From an uncultured bacterium (GTDB lineage Bacteria; Chlamydiota; Chlamydiia; Chlamydiales; SLFE01), in contig CAZPBC010000003.1 in the NCBI GenBank assembly GCA_964584775.1, positions 14,015-78,014 on the forward strand: a stretch of DNA of 64,000 nt. The letters run 5' to 3'. The translations under genes and the position numbers were made by a program. Each line of letters begins with the position of its first letter. Position 1 is the first letter of the stretch. This document shows, piece after piece, positions 1-8,940 of this stretch. Under the pieces are notes generated by a model that was not told the origin of the DNA, searched no databases, and saw only the letters and a program-made list of their open reading frames with translations.

Positions 1-1
1 C

Positions 2-52
2 TGCGATCTAGGCTCTTTTGCAGAGTATGCAGATGATGAGCTGGAGTCTTAG
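2..52 (+). CDS. 3' end of an ORF cut by the window edge. Its position suggests the antitoxin partner of the following toxin.
   Basis: Frame 2 reads CDLGSFAEYADDELES, then TAG at 50-52, 2 nt before the TTG start of the toxin ORF. The acidic C-terminus and tight spacing are typical of antitoxin-toxin pairs. It is too short to identify. Confidence 0.3.
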   Translation, partial: CDLGSFAEYADDELES

Positions 53-54
53 GA

Positions 55-348
55 TTGCCAAAGATTCTTTTTTCACATGAAGCTCAATCTCAGTACAAGA
101 AGCTCCAAACGTCTTCTGGCAAGCAGCGAGTCTATAAAGCTGTTAGAAAGACCTTGGGATTGATGGAGGTTGATCTTCGTCACCCGTCACTAAACACTCA
201 TCAGTATCATTCTTTAAAAGGCCCAGGTGGTGAAAAAGTGTTTGAAGCCTATGCTCAAAATAAAACTCCTGGTGCATATCGAGTGTTTTGGTGTTATGGT
301 CCAGAAAAGGATGAGATCACGATTCTTGCGATGACTCCTCATCCCTAG
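55..348 (+). CDS. Type II toxin-antitoxin system toxin, RelE/ParE (YafQ/RelE-like) superfamily
   Basis: 97 aa. The pattern HPSLNTHQYHSLKGPGGEKVFEAY...YRVFWCYGPEKDEITILAMTPHP matches the RelE/ParE-fold layout (HPsL.tHkL.G, then Ri.y, then i.il.i..H). TTG start. Confidence 0.6.
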   Translation: MPKILFSHEAQSQYKKLQTSSGKQRVYKAVRKTLGLMEVDLRHPSLNTHQYHSLKGPGGEKVFEAYAQNKTPGAYRVFWCYGPEKDEITILAMTPHP

Positions 349-593
349 GAGCTTATTAAGAGACCCACGGCTGGTTCTCTGCTCTTATCTTCTCTGAGAA
401 AGTCGAAGAGGCAGGCCTTATCCAAGAACCTGAACTCGTCGTTGTCGTCTACCTTCCCTTCGCTGCCTCAATCGCCCGTAAATGGCGCTCTATTCAATCT
501 CATTTAAATTAGAATAAAAAAACTTTCTCTTTTTTTATTGAATAAAGGTATAATAATTTCATTCAATTAAATAACTTTAATGAGGAGTTAAAT

Positions 594-959
594 ATGGATT
601 TTTTTCTTGTGAGCTTTGATAATGGTGTAGCCACGGTAGAGTGTGAGGTCGATAACACTGACCTGGCAAATCAGCTTCCAGATAAAATTTTGGGGATGAT
701 GGATGGCCGGGAGGTGAAAGAAGTTGTCCTCAGAGGTTCTGTTTCAGAAGATGCCATGCCTGTGCTAGCTACTGCAATGAGGGCAAACGATGTGGAGTTA
801 AGCGTAGATGGTCCCTTTGTAGGAGGTTTTAGCTTAACTGAATGTAATCAGGTAACGAGTTTAGATACTTTGACTGTAGGACATCTTGACCTAACTGGAT
901 GTAATCAGATAACGAGTTTGCCAGATACTTGGTCTGTTAATGGCTGGCTGTCGTCATGA
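594..959 (+). CDS. Small protein ending in Cys-containing LRR-like repeats. It may be a fragment of the LRR family seen at 28-32 kb.
   Basis: C-terminus LTECNQVTSLDTLTVGHLDLTGCNQITSLPDTW resembles the C..L.SLP repeats of ORFs 28135-32390. AT-rich upstream region with GAGGAG before the ATG. Confidence 0.45.
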   Translation: MDFFLVSFDNGVATVECEVDNTDLANQLPDKILGMMDGREVKEVVLRGSVSEDAMPVLATAMRANDVELSVDGPFVGGFSLTECNQVTSLDTLTVGHLDLTGCNQITSLPDTWSVNGWLSS

Positions 960-1154
960 TCAACAAAAATGTAAGATTATGTTTAAACTGACTGCCGTAC
1001 CTAGGGATAACTAGCCCGGTCTATCATTTTTCACTCTATTAGGTATCTGAAATGGCACTCAGCTGCCTGTTCAGTGGAAAAGTACGAAGCAGGTTGTTAC
1101 GCTTTAGCTACGGTGTTTTCGAGTAAATGAAATTAGATTGGAAATCGGTTATCC

Positions 1155-2504
1155 ATGATTTCATGCAATATTTTGGCTGAAAGCATAATGAATAGATCGG
1201 ATATTTCTATTGGTGCAAAGCAAGTATTACAAGACCTTGAAGAAAGGGATGAGGAAGCTCTTAGCGCGACTCTATCCACTCTAACGGCTTTAGATTTTAA
1301 TGGAAGGTCTTTAGCAATTCTAAGAGTTGATTTTCGGTTATTCGCTAGAGCTCTTCAGATGAATACGACTTTGGTTGAGCTCAATCTCGCTCGTGCTCAG
1401 ATCGATGAGGAGGCTGTTCCTGCTTTTGCGAAGATGCTTGGTGAAAACCGCACTCTCACAAGAGTCAATCTTTCAGGAAATTATATCGATGATGACGGAG
1501 CGAAAGAGGTAGCTCGAGTGGTGGCGACGCATCCGTCACTGACTGACCTCGATCTTTCCGATAATGGGATTTTTATGAGAGGCGCGCAAGCTCTTGAGGC
1601 GGCTCTTCGACGAAACACGGTCCTTGAATCACTCAATTTCAGCGAAAATGGAATTTATGATGAATATGATAATGGTGAAGACTGTGCTGTGTTCGTTGTG
1701 AGAGCTTTAAAAAGTAATCGAACGCTAAAATGGTTAGATTTAAGCAAAACTGGTGGATTTGATCAGCAGAATAAGGCTGTCGGGTTAGCACTGCAGGTGA
1801 ACCAAGCACTTGAGACGCTTATTTTTAGAAACAATGTTTTGTGGGAGAAATCGCTAACGGCATTAGGTCAAGCACTCCGAGTCAATGCAGTACTGCGTTG
1901 TCTAGATTTATCCGGATCACTCCGTTCAGGCTCTATCGAGCCTTTTATCAGTGGACTCAGTGAGAATACGGCTCTTGAAGAGCTCAGACTTGCAGAGTGT
2001 CGTCTAAATAGGCGGGAATTAGACGAGTTAATGGAAGCAGTTGCACACCATCCTCGATTGAGGACACTTGACCTATCGAAAAATGGACTTTGCACCTCCC
2101 AAGCTGGCGTCGTTATCGCAGCACTCAATAAAAACCCTCGAATTCAGGAGATCGATCTGAGACATAATGCGATTGAAGCTCTGCCGGGATGGGAAGAGCT
2201 GCATGAACTCCAAGTGGTGAAATTGGGACACAACCCCCTTGGTCCGGACATAGGGCCGTTCATTGCCGAATGGATAACTCAAGCCTCTGCTCTTCGAGAG
2301 CTATACCTCGACTACACAGGCCTTGCGACAGCGGACCAGCCAGAAATCGTAGCGGCCGTGGAAATCCACCCCTCTCTCCAGCACCTCGATCTCAGTGATC
2401 GATCGATTACTCCTGCCTTAAAAGACTCCCTCTCAGCCGCGATGAGAATGAGTACTTCTCTACACACTCTTGTTTTAGAAGAGCCTGAAATTTTAGTGTT
2501 TTAA
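1155..2504 (+). CDS. Ribonuclease-inhibitor (RNI/NLR)-type leucine-rich repeat protein, eukaryote-like
   Basis: About 12 repeats of 28-29 aa, for example NRTLTRVNLSGNYIDDDGAKEVARVVATHPSLTDLDLSDNGIFMRGAQALEAAL. This is the L..L.L..N.I...GA..LA.AL signature of RI-type LRRs. The true start may be the internal Met at 1188. Confidence 0.75.
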   Translation: MISCNILAESIMNRSDISIGAKQVLQDLEERDEEALSATLSTLTALDFNGRSLAILRVDFRLFARALQMNTTLVELNLARAQIDEEAVPAFAKMLGENRTLTRVNLSGNYIDDDGAKEVARVVATHPSLTDLDLSDNGIFMRGAQALEAALRRNTVLESLNFSENGIYDEYDNGEDCAVFVVRALKSNRTLKWLDLSKTGGFDQQNKAVGLALQVNQALETLIFRNNVLWEKSLTALGQALRVNAVLRCLDLSGSLRSGSIEPFISGLSENTALEELRLAECRLNRRELDELMEAVAHHPRLRTLDLSKNGLCTSQAGVVIAALNKNPRIQEIDLRHNAIEALPGWEELHELQVVKLGHNPLGPDIGPFIAEWITQASALRELYLDYTGLATADQPEIVAAVEIHPSLQHLDLSDRSITPALKDSLSAAMRMSTSLHTLVLEEPEILVF

Positions 2505-2738
2505 GGTTAGGTTCTAAAACCCCTCTAATTTTGATCTAAGTTACTTGTGTTTAGATTTTTATAACAAAATGTAAACAAAAAATATGCCCTATGATTTATA
2601 ATAGGGATAGAGAGTTACTTGGGGGGAAAGCCCCTGTTCTTGGCACCCTTAGCCTCGATATCTTATGAAGTATCCAGGTTAGCCTATTTTCCTTAGCACT
2701 CCAGAATTGGCAATACCCAGACCTTTTGGAGGTGTAAT

Positions 2739-4187
2739 ATGGCCTATCCATTGAATCAGAAGCTGAACCAGAAAGGCGTTCAGAACCAGAAGCAGCAGCA
2801 GCTCATCATGCTTTTGCCAGAGATGCAGCGTGCGATGGATCTGCTGCAGGCGCCTGTCATGGAGCTGGGTGAGCAGATCGAACTGGAGCTCGAGCAAAAC
2901 CCTGTTTTGGAGTACTTCGAAGAGGTCGCCGGGGAGATGGGAGTCAAGAAAGATGAGGGAGTCAAAGAGCTAGATCTTTCCGATCAGGATTATTCTGTCT
3001 TGAAAGATTTGGATGAGTCTTTTGAAGATTTCTTTAGCCAAGATCAAATCACTGAAAAAATCACGGAAGAAGACAAAAAGAAACGCTCTTTCAAAGAATC
3101 TTTGATCGTAGAGGAACGGACGCTCTACCAACATCTGATGGAGCAGGCGCAGGAAACCTTCGAGACAGAAAAAGAGAGACGAGTTGCGAGCCATCTAATA
3201 GGCAGCTTGGACTTGAGTGGGTTTTTCAAAGGAGATTTCAAAGAGGCGGCACTCCTGACAGATTCGACCCCTGATTTTGTTGAAAGAGTTTTAAAAGAAG
3301 TTCAAAAATTTGATCCTCCAGGAATTGCCGCAAGATCGCTCCAAGAGTCCCTGCTCACTCAACTGCGTTACCAGGATAAAGAAAACACCATCGGATACCG
3401 ACTGATTCGCGATTACTTTGACGACTTTATCCACCACCGCCTTCCCCTGATCCAAAAAAAATCGAGGCTTTCTCACAAACAGATCCAAAAAGCGATCGAT
3501 CAGGATATCACTCATCTGGATCTACATCCAGGAACCCTCTTCAATACAGAAGATGTAGGGCCTATGGTTCCTGATGCGAGCTTACTTGAAGAGGATGGGG
3601 TTTTAACCGTCACGATCAACGACGATTCCGTTCCTCCTTTACGGTTTAACCGCACTTACTTACAGCTTCTCCGTCAAGAGAGCTCGAGTGAGGAGACAAA
3701 GGAGTACATCACAAAGAAGTTGAACTCAGCCAAGCTGTTGATCAAAAACATCGAGCAGCGCCATCAGACGCTGACTCGTATCTTAGAAGCGATTGCAAAA
3801 CATCAGCGTGCGTTCCTTGTCCGTCCTGAAGGGCAACTGAAGCCCATGACCATGACGGCATTAGCTGAAGAGCTCGGTCTTCATGAGTCAACGGTCGCCC
3901 GTGCAGTGAGTCGTAAAGTGGTCCACACGCCTCGTGGACTTCTCATGCTTCGCAGCTTCTTCACCACAGCCCTTACCACCCAAGATGGGGGAGAAGTTTC
4001 GAACGCGACGATTAAGGAAGAGATCCTCAAGATCATTGACAAAGAGGATAAGAAAAAACCCTTCAGTGATGTTCAGCTTGCTGAAATCCTCAAAAAAGAG
4101 GGGTATATTGTTGCACGTCGTACCGTTGCGAAGTACCGAGCCCTCCTTTCCATCGGATCTTCCACCCAACGACGAAAGTACAGTTAA
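2739..4187 (+). CDS. rpoN: RNA polymerase sigma-54 factor
   Basis: Gln/Leu-rich region I (QKQQQLIMLLPEMQRAMDLLQ), core-binding region, HTH, and RpoN box ARAVSRKVVHTPRGLLMLRSFF. Confidence 0.95.
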   Translation: MAYPLNQKLNQKGVQNQKQQQLIMLLPEMQRAMDLLQAPVMELGEQIELELEQNPVLEYFEEVAGEMGVKKDEGVKELDLSDQDYSVLKDLDESFEDFFSQDQITEKITEEDKKKRSFKESLIVEERTLYQHLMEQAQETFETEKERRVASHLIGSLDLSGFFKGDFKEAALLTDSTPDFVERVLKEVQKFDPPGIAARSLQESLLTQLRYQDKENTIGYRLIRDYFDDFIHHRLPLIQKKSRLSHKQIQKAIDQDITHLDLHPGTLFNTEDVGPMVPDASLLEEDGVLTVTINDDSVPPLRFNRTYLQLLRQESSSEETKEYITKKLNSAKLLIKNIEQRHQTLTRILEAIAKHQRAFLVRPEGQLKPMTMTALAEELGLHESTVARAVSRKVVHTPRGLLMLRSFFTTALTTQDGGEVSNATIKEEILKIIDKEDKKKPFSDVQLAEILKKEGYIVARRTVAKYRALLSIGSSTQRRKYS

Positions 4188-4216
4188 CCCTCTCCACTTC
4201 TCAGTTGTTTAGGAAG

Positions 4217-4681
4217 TCACTCGTCGACTTGCTCAATCTCCATCTCTGGGTTGGTAGCCCATCTCTTCACGACGTCTACGAGAGGGTGTGGAATACCGCT
4301 TGGTGAGAGAAAGGTGACTCTGTTACATGAGAGCGTTACACTTGGGGGTGCGCGATGGAGCAACACCTTTCCTATGTAGACTTCGTCGGCTCCAATGGAC
4401 AGCTGGCTTGAGGCAAAGAATTGAAAGGGATCTGATCCGTCGCCAACACCCAGTTTTAAAGTTTCAACTGCAAGTAGATTAACGGTCGGTGCAGCCACAC
4501 AGACTCCACCTCTGAGATCAATGGTTCTTCCGGTGATCCAAGTGATCTCTCTGGCCCCGAGAAAGACGCCCGATTTAGCGGTATACTCTTCTAAAGCATG
4601 TCGGATATTTCGTGCAGGGAGGCTTGTAGCAGAGTAACTCTCCTGGAGGACTCGAATTTGATCTAGGGGACTAGGGAGCAT
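4217..4681 (-). CDS. Hypothetical protein, last gene of the NRPS-like operon
   Basis: 154 aa. AAGGAG Shine-Dalgarno about 5 nt upstream of the ATG. Beta-strand-rich composition with no motif I recognise. Confidence 0.5.
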   Translation of the reverse strand: MLPSPLDQIRVLQESYSATSLPARNIRHALEEYTAKSGVFLGAREITWITGRTIDLRGGVCVAAPTVNLLAVETLKLGVGDGSDPFQFFASSQLSIGADEVYIGKVLLHRAPPSVTLSCNRVTFLSPSGIPHPLVDVVKRWATNPEMEIEQVDE

Positions 4682-4712
4682 GATTCTCCTTTGGCAAAGT
4701 TTTAAGAAGTGT

Positions 4713-5603
4713 CTAGCTCTGTCTAATGTAAGCGTAGAGCTGTCTCCAACGGGGGGATGTCTCTTTTTGTTTTTCTGCGAAGTGTAGGATGTCTTCTGGT
4801 GTTTGCTTGGAGAGATGGATGATCTCGTTGTCGGTAAGTCGGAAGAGGATCGCCTGAGCTATTTGGGAGTTAAAGAGCTGGGTGAGTTTTTCTTTGAGAG
4901 AGTGGAAGAGGCGCCGTTTATTGTAGAGGCGGAAGAGAGCGTAGGTGAGGAGGAGGGCGGGAAAGATTTTTAGCCATTGGAAGGACTGGAAGATTTCCAG
5001 CTGTCCTGAGGCGAGGAGAGCGAAGTCAATGAAGAAGAGAGTGAGCAAAAGGAGGACAAACAGCACTGCTTCGATCCGTTTTTGGATCAGGGGTCCGAGC
5101 CATCGTTGCCAAGAGCGTCCTTGACACTGATAAGCGATGATTTCCTCGAAGAGGGGTTCGTTAAAGGTCATCCGGCAGGTATGGGCGAGCTCATGGGCGA
5201 TCAACTCTTCGCGTTTGTAGAGTCCGAGGAGGCTTTTTTTCTTTCGAAATTCTTTGCGTAGCTGAAGGAGGGAGGCCCATGGAGTTGTCTCCTCTTTTTG
5301 AAAGATCCACGCGCATCCACCGTGCCAGGGGAGGAGCTTGTAGTTGCTGAAGAAGAGGGGGACCCAGTCAGGTTTGACGTCGAAGAGCGGTTCTGTGAGA
5401 GAGAAGGACTCTTCTAAGAAGGCTTCTTGATCCTCTTCTTCAGAGCGTAGGGGGGCGAGTTCGTTGCCGAACTCGTCAAAGAGGTGGTTTTTTAGGTTTT
5501 TGCAATAGTCGACACGCTTTAGAAAGCTCTCTTCGTCCTCATCAGGACCTGCGATAAAACCCTCTTTACTCAGTTGGATCAGCTGTGTGTCGTCGAGCGT
5601 CAT
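4713..5603 (-). CDS. Membrane protein with an HExxH metallopeptidase-like motif
   Basis: IAHELAHTC (HExxH) sits in the soluble N-terminal half. Two hydrophobic helices lie in the C-terminal half (AVLFVLLLLTLFFIDFALLA and IFPALLLTYALFRLY). The start overlaps the upstream gene by 38 nt. Confidence 0.55.
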   Translation of the reverse strand: MTLDDTQLIQLSKEGFIAGPDEDEESFLKRVDYCKNLKNHLFDEFGNELAPLRSEEEDQEAFLEESFSLTEPLFDVKPDWVPLFFSNYKLLPWHGGCAWIFQKEETTPWASLLQLRKEFRKKKSLLGLYKREELIAHELAHTCRMTFNEPLFEEIIAYQCQGRSWQRWLGPLIQKRIEAVLFVLLLLTLFFIDFALLASGQLEIFQSFQWLKIFPALLLTYALFRLYNKRRLFHSLKEKLTQLFNSQIAQAILFRLTDNEIIHLSKQTPEDILHFAEKQKETSPRWRQLYAYIRQS

Positions 5604-6387
5604 ACTTGAGAATCATCTGGTCGGGACGGAGTCGTTCTTTCATCGTCCTGAGCCCTTTCAGTCCTAAGTCCTGTTCAATATTGAAGTAAGTAAACTCCCT
5701 TCCTGCATTTTTTGCAAAGGAGTGGTACATCATTGGTGTCATCCCATGAAAATCATGATTCGATTTTTCGACGTGCCCGACGAGGGTGGTGGGGTTCAGC
5801 TTCTCTCCAATTAACATCGCAGCGATCTGATTCTCGACGCGGAGGAGTCCTCCGATGAGGGGGAGGCGTGTGTAGTGTTCAAGTAAAAGGAAGAGAGCCT
5901 CTTTCTCTTCAGGAGTGCGGATGACGAGGGTGTCGATCCAGTCGCGGATTTCTGGGATTTCTTTTTCAGTGATCTCGAAGTAAGCGGGTTGGTAGCGCTG
6001 CTCGCAGCTGCGGATCTGTTGCCTGAGGCGGTGGAAGGGATGCCCATCCAGCTCGACCAACTCTTCCATTTTCAGTAGGTAGTCTGCTTGGTCGCGGTTG
6101 AGCTGAGACTCCCACTTTTGGAGGTCAGCGGAAGCGAGTAGAATCCGTTCTTGTGTCTTGGAGGGGTGAGGAAAACGTTTCTCAGGACCGATCGGTTCAC
6201 CAAAGGGGATCCACTCGTCTTCCTCTTTTTTATAGAAGAAAAGGGTGTCGCGCGCGATCTGAAAGTAGATCTTGCGGCTCTTTGACCAGATGAAAAGGTT
6301 GGTGAAGGTCATCTCTGAGAGCTGAGGAGGGTGTGCTTCAAAGAAGGGCTTCAGTTCCTCTTGGTGTTTAAATGAGAGGGGCGTCAT
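5566..6387 (-). CDS. DUF2156 / LPG_synthase_C-like protein (free-standing homolog of the MprF aminoacyl-phosphatidylglycerol synthase catalytic domain)
   Basis: The N-terminal LSEMTFTNLFIWSKSRKIYF matches the characteristic s.ytF.NlfiW motif of DUF2156 proteins. Its ~270 aa size fits a double GNAT-like fold. The start overlaps the stop of the upstream gene by 4 nt (ATGA). Confidence 0.55.
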   Translation of the reverse strand: MTPLSFKHQEELKPFFEAHPPQLSEMTFTNLFIWSKSRKIYFQIARDTLFFYKKEEDEWIPFGEPIGPEKRFPHPSKTQERILLASADLQKWESQLNRDQADYLLKMEELVELDGHPFHRLRQQIRSCEQRYQPAYFEITEKEIPEIRDWIDTLVIRTPEEKEALFLLLEHYTRLPLIGGLLRVENQIAAMLIGEKLNPTTLVGHVEKSNHDFHGMTPMMYHSFAKNAGREFTYFNIEQDLGLKGLRTMKERLRPDQMILKYDARRHTADPTE

Positions 6388-8924
6388 GAGAGCAGGCGGG
6401 CGATGCTCTGAGCCAGAAAGGTGAGCGAGGAGGACTCAAAGAGTTTTTCATGTCTTGTGGGGAGCAGCTTGATCGAGAGGCGAGGAACAAAGGCCTTCCA
6501 TCCTTCTGCAATCTCTTTTCGTTCGTTCTCGAGCTCTTCCGCTTCAAAGAGGACCACGTCGATATCGAGGGGAGAGGGGTGGTAGCTCTTTTTGGGAGTT
6601 TTCATTTCGCGGGAAAAGCGTTGAGTGACCTTCTCTTGGAGCTTTTCATCAGCAGAGGAGAGGCCGATGGTGCGTAGGAGGCGCTCCTCAAAGCGCTGGT
6701 AGCGCATGAGGAAGGGTTCATCGCTTCTTTTGTAGATCTTTTTGAAGAAGGTTTTCAAACTATAGAAGGGACGGAGAAGGAGGAATGTCTTTTTCGGTGA
6801 TGGAGCGTCGACGAGGGCTAAAGTGCGGATGTGGATGCCCCGTTTTTTGAGGAGGCGCGCCACTTCAAAGGCGAGGATTCCCCCAAAGCCATAGCCGAGG
6901 AGGGCGACCTCTTCAGTGCGGAGGGTTCTTGAAAGTTCTTTGTCGACCTCTTCAGCACGTTTTATCACGTCAGGATGGCGCTCGATCGTTTCCATTTTCA
7001 CACCGTATAGAGCGTGCTTATCACTAAAGTGTTTGCCGAGCTCAAAGAAGGGGTAGAGCTCGCCGTCGATCCCGCCGAAGCAGATGAGCGGCATGCCGTC
7101 GCCGCCTTCACGGATGTCTGCAAGAAGGCTTTCATCTTGCGGCTCTTTGAGGTATTCAGCGAGTTCAGCGACGGTGGGGTGTTCATAAAGGGTGGTGATG
7201 TTGATCTTCCGGTGGAGTCTTTTATCGATGCCACTGACAATCTTAGCGAGGCTGACAACACTGTAGGGGAACTCAAAGAGGTTCTTCTTTGTGCTGATGG
7301 GGTAGATGCCGAGATGTTCTTGGCAGATGAGGGTGAGCTCTCTTTCGGTCGCGTTTTTAGGAGGGAAGTAGATCTCCTCTTCACACTCTTCCTTAGGTGG
7401 GTTCGGAAGCTGGTCGTAGAGGACCTTCATGTGGTGGTTGAGGGGGAGCTGTGAAAGTTCAATCAGGAAAGAGGGAACGGCGTGTTTGGGTAGATTTGAT
7501 TTGAGGAGTTTGACAAGTGCTTGCTTCGTGACGAGGAGGTCTTTTTTCACGACGTAGTAGGCAGCGAGCATTCCAGGGGAGACTTCCTTCACTGCAGCTT
7601 GCAGGACGCTTGGGTGGTTCACGAGAAGGGTTTCGATCTGATCGAGCTGGAGGCACTCGTCACCGATCGTGACTTGCTTATCTTTACGGCCGATGAATTG
7701 GTATTCACCGTTCTCCAGTTTTTTGACCGTGTCGTCGGTGAGGAAGTAACGCTCGGGGCGCTTCCCGAGCTTCGAGTAGATGATGAAGTTCTTCTTCTTC
7801 TCTTCGTCGGCTCCGAGGTAGCCTTCTGCTAGGGCTGGACTCGAGAGGGCGAGCATCCCCTCTTCTCCCTCTTCCACCTCTTGGAGAGATTCGCTAAGAA
7901 GGAGGACTTTGACAAAAGGAAGAGGTTGTCCGATCGGAGGAGGCACCGAAGAACTCTCTGACACGCGGTGATAGAGCGAGAGGACGCCGTTCTCGGCAGG
8001 GCCGTAGCAGTTCACCACCTCAAAAGGAAGGTCGGCGCGGACCCGTTTTTTGAGCGTTTCTCCTCCGGTGAAGAGGGTGCGTAGCTGACAGGTGCCGAGG
8101 GAGGGATCTTCCCAGTTCTCATCGATCATGAGCTCACAGCTGGAGGTCGGAAGGTGGATCAAGGTGATCTTTTCACTGATGATCCATTTCTTGAGCTCTT
8201 CAGGATTTTGGAGCACTTGACGGGTGGGAATTTTGATCTGCACGCCACTTAAAAGGTAAACAAGGATCTCAGCGATCGACATATCTTGGCTCGGCTTCGA
8301 AGTGATCGCGGCGATATCTTCGCTAGAAAGGTCAAACGTCTCTTTATACCAAGGGATGAGAGCTGAGATCGACTGGTGGGTGAGCTCGACGGCTAACTTT
8401 CCAGAGGAGGTGAAGGTGCAGTAGAGAGGGGTTTTTGGTGAAGGAGGTGTGTGTGTCATCTCTTCAGGGGCGGAGCTGCTGGCAATGATATCGCGGATGG
8501 AGAAGCTCTTCATCTCTTCGTTGAGGATGGAGGGGGCGACACTAGAACTCGTGAGGAGGATTTCTGGAGTCGTGAGCTCCACCATCTCCATCAATTTTGC
8601 CTTGGGTAGAAGCGGGTCAAGGGGGACATAGGTGGCGGAGATCTTAGAGAGAGCAAGGAGGGCGACGACTTGCTCGTACGAACGGTCAGCGAAGAGGGCG
8701 ACACGCGACCCAGCAGCGGCACCTTCTTTGGTTAAAAAGTGGGCGAGGCGGAGTACGTCGGCATGGAGATTCGCAAGGGTGATCGGACCAAGGGGGGTAT
8801 GGATAGCGGGGGCATCTGGATGGACCGCGACGAGCGCTTCGAAGAGCTCATCGATAGTTTGCGGTTTAGTGGAGGGCTTATTAGCCCCTGAGCCGGTCTT
8901 TGTTTCAACGAGGGTTGTCATCAC
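6384..8924 (-). CDS. NRPS-like tridomain protein: AMP-dependent adenylation domain, carrier (T/PCP)-like region, and thioesterase/alpha-beta-hydrolase-like domain
   Basis: A-domain cores: ATYVPLDP (A2), NCYGPAENG (A5), GRKDKQVTIGDECLQLDQIE (A8). Carrier-like segment LFEFPYSVVSLAKIV. TE-like segment PLICFGG...LLGYGFGGILAFEVARLL...LVDAPSP...RHEKLF. Confidence 0.75.
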   Translation of the reverse strand: MMTTLVETKTGSGANKPSTKPQTIDELFEALVAVHPDAPAIHTPLGPITLANLHADVLRLAHFLTKEGAAAGSRVALFADRSYEQVVALLALSKISATYVPLDPLLPKAKLMEMVELTTPEILLTSSSVAPSILNEEMKSFSIRDIIASSSAPEEMTHTPPSPKTPLYCTFTSSGKLAVELTHQSISALIPWYKETFDLSSEDIAAITSKPSQDMSIAEILVYLLSGVQIKIPTRQVLQNPEELKKWIISEKITLIHLPTSSCELMIDENWEDPSLGTCQLRTLFTGGETLKKRVRADLPFEVVNCYGPAENGVLSLYHRVSESSSVPPPIGQPLPFVKVLLLSESLQEVEEGEEGMLALSSPALAEGYLGADEEKKKNFIIYSKLGKRPERYFLTDDTVKKLENGEYQFIGRKDKQVTIGDECLQLDQIETLLVNHPSVLQAAVKEVSPGMLAAYYVVKKDLLVTKQALVKLLKSNLPKHAVPSFLIELSQLPLNHHMKVLYDQLPNPPKEECEEEIYFPPKNATERELTLICQEHLGIYPISTKKNLFEFPYSVVSLAKIVSGIDKRLHRKINITTLYEHPTVAELAEYLKEPQDESLLADIREGGDGMPLICFGGIDGELYPFFELGKHFSDKHALYGVKMETIERHPDVIKRAEEVDKELSRTLRTEEVALLGYGFGGILAFEVARLLKKRGIHIRTLALVDAPSPKKTFLLLRPFYSLKTFFKKIYKRSDEPFLMRYQRFEERLLRTIGLSSADEKLQEKVTQRFSREMKTPKKSYHPSPLDIDVVLFEAEELENERKEIAEGWKAFVPRLSIKLLPTRHEKLFESSSLTFLAQSIARLLS

Positions 8925-8940
8925 AAGCCTCTTTCTTTGT

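Noticed and set aside
349-593. 245-bp non-coding stretch after the toxin gene, considered as a decayed gene remnant
   Set aside because: There is no ORF of useful length in any frame and no similarity to other parts of the window that I could see. The AT-rich 3' part looks like the promoter region of the next gene.
1053-1067. Sigma-54-like TGGCAC box (TGGCACTCAGCTGCC) upstream of the RNI-type LRR gene, tempting because rpoN is next door
   Set aside because: The GG-to-GC spacing is 9 nt rather than the invariant 10, and the -12 element is TGCC rather than TTGC. It is not a credible -24/-12 promoter without experimental support.
2641-2655. TGGCAC box (TGGCACCCTTAGCCT) about 95 nt upstream of rpoN
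   Set aside because: The GC dinucleotide is 8 nt after the GG and there is no TTGC, so it fails the -24/-12 geometry.
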